Shown: one piece after another, positions 57,841 to 64,000 of the stretch
Layout: every line of letters begins with the position of its first letter
Position numbering within the stretch: the stretch's first letter is position 1
NCBI GenBank assembly: GCA_005882895.1
Contig: VBBD01000009.1
Coordinates: 7,648 to 71,647 of the forward strand
Source of the DNA: Candidatus Bathyarchaeota archaeon
GTDB lineage: Archaea > Thermoproteota > Bathyarchaeia > 40CM-2-53-6
Direction of reading: 5' to 3'
Length of the DNA stretch: 64,000 nucleotides
Position numbers and translations under genes: made by a program
The notes under the pieces: generated by a model
The model's database searches: none
Told to the model about the DNA's origin: nothing
Seen by the model: only the letters and a program-made list of their open reading frames with translations

Positions 57841-58245
57841 TTGAGCGAGCTGCCTCCTCCTACTATCGAGGAGTTCTATCGGCAGTGCGCGGATCGCAAG
57901 CTTATGGCGGTTCGATGCGTTCGCTGCAAGCACATTATGGTCCCTCCTAGAGCAATTTGTCCGAAGTGTCGGTCTTCGAGGGTTGAGTGGGTTCAGCTCG
58001 GCACTCAGGGCAAGCTCGTCACGTACACGATTGTCCATGTTTCACCGCCGCAGTTCAAACATATGACGCCCTATGCGGTGGGAATTGTGGAAATGGAAGA
58101 AGGGGTCAAGTTGCCTAGCATTATCAGAACCTCACGACTCGAATCTTTGAAGATCGGAATGGAGCTGGAGGTCGACTTCAGTCCAAAGTCACAGGAAACC
58201 AGCTGGCCTCACTGGCCACGCTATTTCTTCAAAGAAACGGAGTAA
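57841..58245 (+). CDS. DUF35 Zn-ribbon/OB-fold protein (thiolase/HMG-CoA synthase scaffold subunit)
   Basis: 'MAVRCVRCKHIMVPPRAICPKCRSS' is a rubredoxin-like zinc ribbon followed by an OB fold. It sits immediately after the thiolase. Confidence 0.75.
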   Translation: MSELPPPTIEEFYRQCADRKLMAVRCVRCKHIMVPPRAICPKCRSSRVEWVQLGTQGKLVTYTIVHVSPPQFKHMTPYAVGIVEMEEGVKLPSIIRTSRLESLKIGMELEVDFSPKSQETSWPHWPRYFFKETE

Positions 58246-58439
58246 CCGGCCTGCCCAGCGCTTAAATAACCGGCCACTTCTTCCTTATTGTTACGGGGAG
58301 CTGGGATAAACCCGGCTGAGAGGATGGCTTCGCTTGCCATCGACCCTTTGAACCTGATCCGGGTAATGCCGGCGGAGGGACGATACGAAGCCTGATTCTT
58401 GGACCAGCTTTCCCCGAATTAGCAAAATGGGGAAAGCGC

Positions 58440-58953
58440 ATGAAAAAAAGTGCAAGTTGGTTAAGCGAAAGCTCCACTCCCAATTCGCCGGAGATAATCA
58501 GACCTCGCGTCCAAGTCGGGAGACCTTTTCTTACAAGTCCTACACTGGACATCGCTAGGATAGGGGCCTTCTCAGCGCTTGTTGCTCTAGGGACCATGCT
58601 GACTAACCTATTGCTTGGCTTCTCTCTCCCTCAACCGCTCGGCGAAATCACTGCTGCCCCTGCTTTCTATATGGCGCTTCAGATTCAGACGGAAGTCGGT
58701 GAGGTTCCTGGCCTTTGTAATGGGGCTTGCAACCGTCTTTGAGAGTTTGGTTCTGTTCTTGATTGATTGGCCTGTGTACTCGTATACCGCCTTCTATAGC
58801 TCACAAGCTCCGTGTGCAAACTGCGGACTTGTATCGGGCTTCAGTCTCGCCGTGCTCGATTTTGGCACAATGATTGACCTCGTTTGGATACCAGTGGCAT
58901 TGGTTCTGGTGGTCGCGGCGCGGAGAGCTTACAACATTCAGTATTTCACCTAG
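58440..58953 (+). pseudogene. Small polytopic membrane protein split by a probable frameshift near 58680-58715
   Basis: Frame-0 ORF 58440..58742 has TM helices up to 'AAPAFYMA'. Frame-1 ORF continues with the TM segment 'FLAFVMGLATVFESLVLFLIDWP...' to 58953. The two frames overlap by 128 nt. Confidence 0.45.
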
Positions 58954-58972
58954 CTTTCTCGATGCAGGTCCC

Positions 58973-60022
58973 ATGAGACTCGGAAAACCCAGCCCGAACT
59001 TCCTACGCAATGTCATCTACAACAATCTAGGCGCTCAGCGGTCCGAACTGCTCGTCGGTCCAACGTTTGGCGTCGACAACGCGATCTACCGAATTGGACC
59101 TGAAAGGGTTCTGGTGGCAACCACGGACCCGCTGTCGTACCTTCCATCATTGGGACCCCGCGCATCTGCATGGTTGTCGGTTCACCTACTAGCTTCGGAC
59201 TTAACGACGTGTGGATTCTCGCCTCAGTTCGGCCTTCTCGATTTTAACCTTCCACCGGGCCTTTCAGACTACAACTTTGCAAGGTATTGGGATTCATTCA
59301 GCGAAGAATGCAGGAAACTCGGAGTCTCTATCATCGGGGGTCACACCGGCAGGTATCCGGGTATTGACTACTCCATAATCGGGGGAGGTGTCGCTATGGC
59401 TATTGTCCCAAGAAATCGATACTTGACCTCTGCTATGGCTAATGATGGAGACGATATTATTTTGACCAAAGGTGCCGCGATTGAGACGACAGCGGTGCTG
59501 ACTCGCGCGTTTTCACGAACGGTCAAAAAGGCCCTTGGTCGCAAGCTCTTCGAAAAGGCGTGGAGCTACTTGGGCAAGGTGAGTACAGTGGATGAGGCAT
59601 TGATAGCTTCCTCTGTGGGAGTACGCGGTCAGGGAGTTACGGCCATGCACGACGCAACAGAAGGGGGAGTGATCGCCGGAATATTCGAGTTGGCGACAGC
59701 GTCCAAACTCGGCGCGACGGTAGATTTGGAGGAGATTCTCGTCAGCGAAGAGACTTTGCAACTATGCCACCTGTTTCATTTGGACCCGTTGGTGTCCTTG
59801 AGCGAGGGGAGTCTAATCATTGCATCATTGCCTTCTAAGACGAAAACCATACTAGACAAGTTGATCTCTCAACTAATACCGGCGAAAGTCGTCGGAAGAC
59901 TTACTTCAAAGCATCAAGGCTACAAGGCAGTTAATCGTAAGGGGACACGCAGTTTTCGTTATCCAATTTTCGACCCTTACTGGAAGGCCTATTCAAGTGC
60001 GATTCGAAGAGGTTGGTCCTAG
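58973..60022 (+). CDS. AIR-synthase-related (PurM-like superfamily) protein
   Basis: 'VGPTFGVDNAIYRIGPERVLVATTDP' is the PurM-like N-domain with a conserved Asp. 'IIGGHTG' and the C-terminal 'MHDATEGGV' follow. The start was moved to the ATG at 58973 (MRLGKPS). Confidence 0.7.
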   Translation: MRLGKPSPNFLRNVIYNNLGAQRSELLVGPTFGVDNAIYRIGPERVLVATTDPLSYLPSLGPRASAWLSVHLLASDLTTCGFSPQFGLLDFNLPPGLSDYNFARYWDSFSEECRKLGVSIIGGHTGRYPGIDYSIIGGGVAMAIVPRNRYLTSAMANDGDDIILTKGAAIETTAVLTRAFSRTVKKALGRKLFEKAWSYLGKVSTVDEALIASSVGVRGQGVTAMHDATEGGVIAGIFELATASKLGATVDLEEILVSEETLQLCHLFHLDPLVSLSEGSLIIASLPSKTKTILDKLISQLIPAKVVGRLTSKHQGYKAVNRKGTRSFRYPIFDPYWKAYSSAIRRGWS

Positions 60023-60071
60023 CTTGAGTTTGATCGGGGAAAAGTAATTGGCAAGGTCGAAACCGAGCATG

Positions 60072-60785
60072 TCAAACAGGGGTCTTCAACTGTTCATTAT
60101 CGTGGGAGTATATGTACACAGGATTCTCAATTCTTCTCAACGCATCAATAGATTCTAGACCTTGTGCTGTGCTGTAGATCATTCCGGTGATGTTCCGTTT
60201 CTCGATGTTTTCCGGTAGAGGAGCTGCATCCCCAGTGTAGACGAAGTTTCGGTTCTTCCACTTCACGACGACGGACTGGTGTCCGATAGTGTGGCCTGGT
60301 GTTGGCACGATCTCCACTCCGTCCTCAATCGTGTAACGTCCCCGTAGCGGCACGATTTCTCCTTCGGTATCGAAGAATTCACGCAGGTAGCTGACCCGCA
60401 TGAATCGGTCTGGAAAGTATGCGTACCGGACCTCGTCTATCTGTTCTAGAAACTTTGCGTTGGGAAAGAGAAGATTGTTTCCACAGTGGTCAAAATGGAG
60501 ATGCGTATTTACCACTAAAGTAATGTCGCTGGGTTCCAGTCCAGCTTTCTTCAATGATAGCCGTAGTTGCTCTTCCTTGGTCCTGATGACCTCGTGGAAT
60601 TTCTCGTATTTCGGTGGCAGCGTCCCGATTCCGGTGTCGACTAGGATATTCTCTTTGTCTGTTCGGATCAGTAGCGGTTTGAGTGCTGCTTTGTACTTGG
60701 TTCCCTGGTATTTGCCAAATACGAGAAAGCTCTTGTCAAGCGTGAAATACCCATCTGTAAGTAATCTTATGTCGACGACGGTCAA
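60072..60785 (-). CDS. MBL-fold metallo-hydrolase
   Basis: 'VVNTHLHFDHCGNN' is the HxHxDH motif. Confidence 0.8.
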   Translation of the reverse strand: MTVVDIRLLTDGYFTLDKSFLVFGKYQGTKYKAALKPLLIRTDKENILVDTGIGTLPPKYEKFHEVIRTKEEQLRLSLKKAGLEPSDITLVVNTHLHFDHCGNNLLFPNAKFLEQIDEVRYAYFPDRFMRVSYLREFFDTEGEIVPLRGRYTIEDGVEIVPTPGHTIGHQSVVVKWKNRNFVYTGDAAPLPENIEKRNITGMIYSTAQGLESIDALRRIENPVYIYSHDNEQLKTPV

Positions 60786-60886
60786 CTGGACCCGGGTCTG
60801 GGGTCTGATCGAAAGGCTATAAATTATCCAAGTCGAAATCCTTCAAAACAAGTCCGGACGAGTTATCAAGGGATTTTTGGAGCGGT

Positions 60887-62887
60887 TTGGTCGACTTGGT
60901 TGGAACGGGTCTCAGGCGAAAGCCTCTCTGGATTCCCTCTGATGAGCGAGTAAAACAGGCCAATCTCACTCGATTTCAAGCATTTGTCAACCAGAAGGAT
61001 CGCCTGAGTCTCGGATCTTATCCGGAACTCTACAGGTGGTCCATTGAGAAACCTACCGAGTTTTGGTCTGCCATGTGGGCGTATGCAGGGATCATATCAT
61101 CGAAAAAGTTTGAGGCAGTCGTGGATGATCTCGGCAAGTTTCCCGGGGCCAAATGGTTTTCCGGAGCCAGACTCAATTTCGCCGAGAACCTTCTGAGATT
61201 CAGAGACGAAAGGATCGCCCTCATCTCACGCTCTGAGGGACGAGTATCTTCTAGCCTGACCTATTCCGATCTCTACAGAAAAGTCGCGCGTGTGGCGAAT
61301 GGTCTACGTGAGGCAGGAGTACTGGCTGGTGATCGAGTTGGAGGTTACCTGCCGAACGTAGAGGAGGCGGCGATCGCAATGTTGGCTGCTACCAGCATCG
61401 GAGCGGTCTGGGCGTGTTGCGGGGCGGAACTTGGCTCAGGCGCTGTCTTGGACAGGCTTAGCCAGATCAAACCGAAAGTATTGTTTTCTGTTGATGGTTA
61501 CGTCTACAAGGGAAAGAAGTTCGACATTTCGTCTAACGTCAAAGATGTTGCAGACGGAGTCCCTTCGCTCGAGAAGATAGTGACGATCCCGTACTTGGAC
61601 GCCAAATCCAGCATGGGCCAACTTGTCAACACTGTTAGGTTCGACGAATTCGGATCGGCGAACAAGTCAGGCGAGATTCGGTTTGAGCAATTGCCCTCGG
61701 ACCATCCAGTGTATATCATGTTCACATCAGGGACAACCGGGAAGCCGAAATGCATGGTTCAAGGGGCGGGAGGAGTCTTGGTAAACCAGTTGAAAGAGAC
61801 GCAACTCCATGCCGATTTGAAGAAGACGGATCGGATCACATACATTACCTCGCCGAGTTGGATGATGTGGAACTGGCTGATGAGCTGCCTAGCAGCAGGA
61901 TCGACTCTCATTTTGTACGATGGAAATCCTCTGCATCCTGACTGGGGCACGATGTGGAGGCTGGTTCAGGAAGAAAAGATAACAATCCTGGGATGCAGTG
62001 CCAGTTACATCAATCATCTCAGAGGAATAGGCGCTAAACCGAGCAAAGAGTACGATCTATCATCGCTCAGAGAGATTTCCCAAACCGGATCGCCTCTCTC
62101 TACCGAGGGGTTCGAGTGGGTCTACAAGGAGGTCAAAGCGGACCTGCATCTCAACTCGATCAGCGGAGGTACGGACATCAATGGTTGCTTCGCGGGTGGA
62201 GTGCCAATTCTCCCCGTCTTTGGAGGCGAGCTGCAAGCACCGGGGCTCGGGATGAAGATCAACGTATACGATGAGAACGGGCGGCCAGTTGTTGACAGGA
62301 TGGGCGAGCTGGTCTGCGAGTCTCCAACTCCATCGATGCCATTATACTTCTGGGATGACCCCAACAATGTGAGATATCGTGATGCCTACTTCGAATATTA
62401 TCGCCCCGAGGGGAAGAACGTTTGGAGGCATGGTGACTATGTGCTTGTCCACGGCGATACAGGTGGCTACACGTTCTATGGACGTTCGGACGCGGTGATA
62501 AAGGCCTCGGGGGTCCGCGTCGGCACGTCGGAAATCTACAATGTTGTTGAGAAACTACCTGAGGTCGCCGACAGCCTCGCGGTAGGACAGAACTGGGCGG
62601 GAGAGCAGAGAATCATCCTCTTCGTCAAACTATCCCCCAACCATAAGCTTACGGAGGAACTGAAAGAGAAGATCAGGAGAGTGATTCGGGCTGAGGCTTC
62701 GCCTAAGCATGTTCCGGCTCTGATATTGGAGGTGCCCGATATTCCATATACTCTAAACATGAAGAAGGTGGAGGTTGCTGTCGCGAATATTGTTAACAAT
62801 AGGCCCGTTACGAATCGTGATGCACTGGCGAACCCGGAGTCTCTCGATTTCTACACTGGGCTTCTTCCTCTAATCCAGAAGAATTGA
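60887..62887 (+). CDS. Acetoacetyl-CoA synthetase-like AMP-forming acyl-CoA ligase
   Basis: 666 aa. 'YIMFTSGTTGKPKCMV' is the AMP-binding motif. 'WMMWNWL' and 'YGRSDAVIKASGVRVGTSEIY' are present. The N-terminus 'LYRWSIEKPTEFWSAMWA' is typical of AACS and Acs. Confidence 0.8.
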   Translation: MVDLVGTGLRRKPLWIPSDERVKQANLTRFQAFVNQKDRLSLGSYPELYRWSIEKPTEFWSAMWAYAGIISSKKFEAVVDDLGKFPGAKWFSGARLNFAENLLRFRDERIALISRSEGRVSSSLTYSDLYRKVARVANGLREAGVLAGDRVGGYLPNVEEAAIAMLAATSIGAVWACCGAELGSGAVLDRLSQIKPKVLFSVDGYVYKGKKFDISSNVKDVADGVPSLEKIVTIPYLDAKSSMGQLVNTVRFDEFGSANKSGEIRFEQLPSDHPVYIMFTSGTTGKPKCMVQGAGGVLVNQLKETQLHADLKKTDRITYITSPSWMMWNWLMSCLAAGSTLILYDGNPLHPDWGTMWRLVQEEKITILGCSASYINHLRGIGAKPSKEYDLSSLREISQTGSPLSTEGFEWVYKEVKADLHLNSISGGTDINGCFAGGVPILPVFGGELQAPGLGMKINVYDENGRPVVDRMGELVCESPTPSMPLYFWDDPNNVRYRDAYFEYYRPEGKNVWRHGDYVLVHGDTGGYTFYGRSDAVIKASGVRVGTSEIYNVVEKLPEVADSLAVGQNWAGEQRIILFVKLSPNHKLTEELKEKIRRVIRAEASPKHVPALILEVPDIPYTLNMKKVEVAVANIVNNRPVTNRDALANPESLDFYTGLLPLIQKN

Positions 62888-62898
62888 TCGTACAATTC

Positions 62899-63432
62899 TC
62901 ATGCGACTAGGCATAACTGTTCGCCCGCCTTCACCAAAGCTCCGGGTTTGACGTAGACTTCCTTCACGATCCCCGTTTTGGGTGAGGCTATCTCATTCTC
63001 CATTTTCATCGCCTCAAGAACAGCTAGCGGTTGGCCCTTAGTTACTGATGTGTTAGGAGACGCTTTCAAGGACACGATTCTCCCGCTCATGGGCGCAGTT
63101 ATTACAACAGGCCCAAGAACAGTTTCAGACATTCCCGTATCATGGGATAATTGCTCTCTTCCCTCTAAACTCACCTTGAGTAGTCTTCCGTTTAGTCGAA
63201 TGAGATAGTCGCTTCCATCGCGCTCTTCTTCTCTTCTCGCGATGAGAACCTTCCCATTGATATTCGCAACCAGATCTGGTTGGTCATCGGTTGGCTCTCG
63301 GAGGATGCGAACACTCAACTCTTCATCGTTGATTATGATCGTTTGAGCTATGCCCTGCTTCTCGACCTCTGTAATGGTCCAGGTTCTTCCGTTGACAGTG
63401 AGGCGGCGAATCTGTTTAGAGTCCTTCGACAA
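62899..63432 (-). CDS. accB: Biotin carboxyl carrier protein of an acyl-CoA carboxylase
   Basis: The C-terminus 'PLAVLEAMKMENEIASPKTGIVKEVYVKPGALVKAGEQL' carries the biotinyl-Lys AMKM motif. Confidence 0.8.
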   Translation of the reverse strand: MSKDSKQIRRLTVNGRTWTITEVEKQGIAQTIIINDEELSVRILREPTDDQPDLVANINGKVLIARREEERDGSDYLIRLNGRLLKVSLEGREQLSHDTGMSETVLGPVVITAPMSGRIVSLKASPNTSVTKGQPLAVLEAMKMENEIASPKTGIVKEVYVKPGALVKAGEQLCLVA

Positions 63433-64000
63433 ACAAGGGTTGCCTCGGTGATTCCGTCTGGAGGGTGTTTCGCCATCTTGTCTGAGTTCTCTCTAATCGC
63501 GACTTGCCGATTCCTGAGAATGGATAGTTTGCTGTCAAATGCAGCATCGCGACCTCCTCCTCTGACAGTTGCGGCTTGAAGCTCCAGGTGGAGATCTTGT
63601 TGTCGAGGAGCTGAGTATGGTAGTCACCGCGGACAAAGCTCTTGTCTTCAAGTAGGGCCTGGTGTAGCGGAATCGTGGTCTCGACCCCGATAACGATAGT
63701 CTCGCTCAAAGCACCCTTGAGTCTTTGAATCGCCTCTTCCCTAGTTCGGCCGTGTGAAGCAATCTTCGCAATGAGTGAATCGTAGTATTCTGGGATAACA
63801 GCACCGTCGATCATGGCTGTATCGACTCTGATACCTGGGCCTCCCGGTGGGACAAATTCTTCGACGCGGCCGGGGGAGGGAGCAAAGCCCTTCGACGGAT
63901 CCTCAGCATTAATCCTGCAGTTCATCGCAGCTCCGTTGAACTCGATCTCCTCTTGGGAAAACCCAAGACCCTCTCCGTCAGCGATTCTAATCTGCTGCTC
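63416..64000 (-). CDS. accC: Biotin carboxylase subunit, C-terminal part. The gene continues beyond the window end
   Basis: Reading in from the window edge gives 'EQQIRIADGEGLGFSQEEIEFNGAAMNCRINAEDP...FVPPGGPGIRVDTAM', a close match to the conserved BC C-domain ('HAIECRINAEDP'). Confidence 0.8.
   Translation of the reverse strand, partial: EQQIRIADGEGLGFSQEEIEFNGAAMNCRINAEDPSKGFAPSPGRVEEFVPPGGPGIRVDTAMIDGAVIPEYYDSLIAKIASHGRTREEAIQRLKGALSETIVIGVETTIPLHQALLEDKSFVRGDYHTQLLDNKISTWSFKPQLSEEEVAMLHLTANYPFSGIGKSRLERTQTRWRNTLQTESPRQPLFVEGL

Overview
This reads as an archaeal-type chromosomal segment of roughly 70 genes at about 50-55% GC. The archaeal call rests on gene content: NikR next to a NiCoT transporter, pyruvoyl-dependent arginine decarboxylase PdaD, a thiolase with its DUF35 OB-fold partner, a PhoU protein with an N-terminal AbrB domain, DUF47 with PiT, a KaiC-like ATPase, a giant PKD/Ig-repeat surface protein, and A/T-rich TATA-like intergenic sequences. 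Lineage beyond 'archaeon' cannot be assigned from sequence alone. Most of the window is housekeeping and metabolic genes. NadA and NadC cover NAD biosynthesis. Metal and phosphate homeostasis is represented by NikR, a NiCoT transporter, a CDF transporter, and a PhoU-AbrB, DUF47 and PiT group. Redox genes are a Dyp peroxidase, a haloperoxidase-like hydrolase, a DsbA-like protein and a peroxiredoxin. Peptidases of families M20, M29 and M48 are present. Acyl-CoA metabolism includes a methylmalonyl-CoA mutase B12 subunit, thiolase with DUF35, an acetoacetyl-CoA-synthetase-like ligase, a biotin carboxyl carrier protein and a biotin carboxylase. Transporters are an MFS and an ABC-2 pair, and there are several GNAT acetyltransferases. 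I saw no CRISPR array, no rRNA or tRNA, and no obvious transposase or integrase. Four loci looked most worth follow-up. (1) A KaiC-like ATPase with a degenerate second domain, bracketed by two paralogous small helical proteins in opposite orientation plus a ribbon-helix-helix protein (40.4-43.4 kb). (2) A translationally coupled four-gene operon of unknown function encoding a coiled-coil protein, a membrane protein with an extracellular beta-rich domain and a cytoplasmic zinc ribbon, a 396-aa unknown protein, and a GNAT (47.9-52.7 kb). (3) A Cys-rich 334-aa orphan protein behind about 400 bp of non-coding sequence (22.9-24.8 kb). (4) About 900 bp of structured non-coding DNA with a GC hairpin and oligo-T tracts (52.7-53.6 kb). 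A recurring theme is single-site gene disruption. I found one in-frame TAA, at least three probable frameshifts, and two genes with no canonical start codon. This points either to indel-type sequence errors or to ongoing pseudogenisation. All calls rest on reading the translations and the DNA directly. No database search was run.
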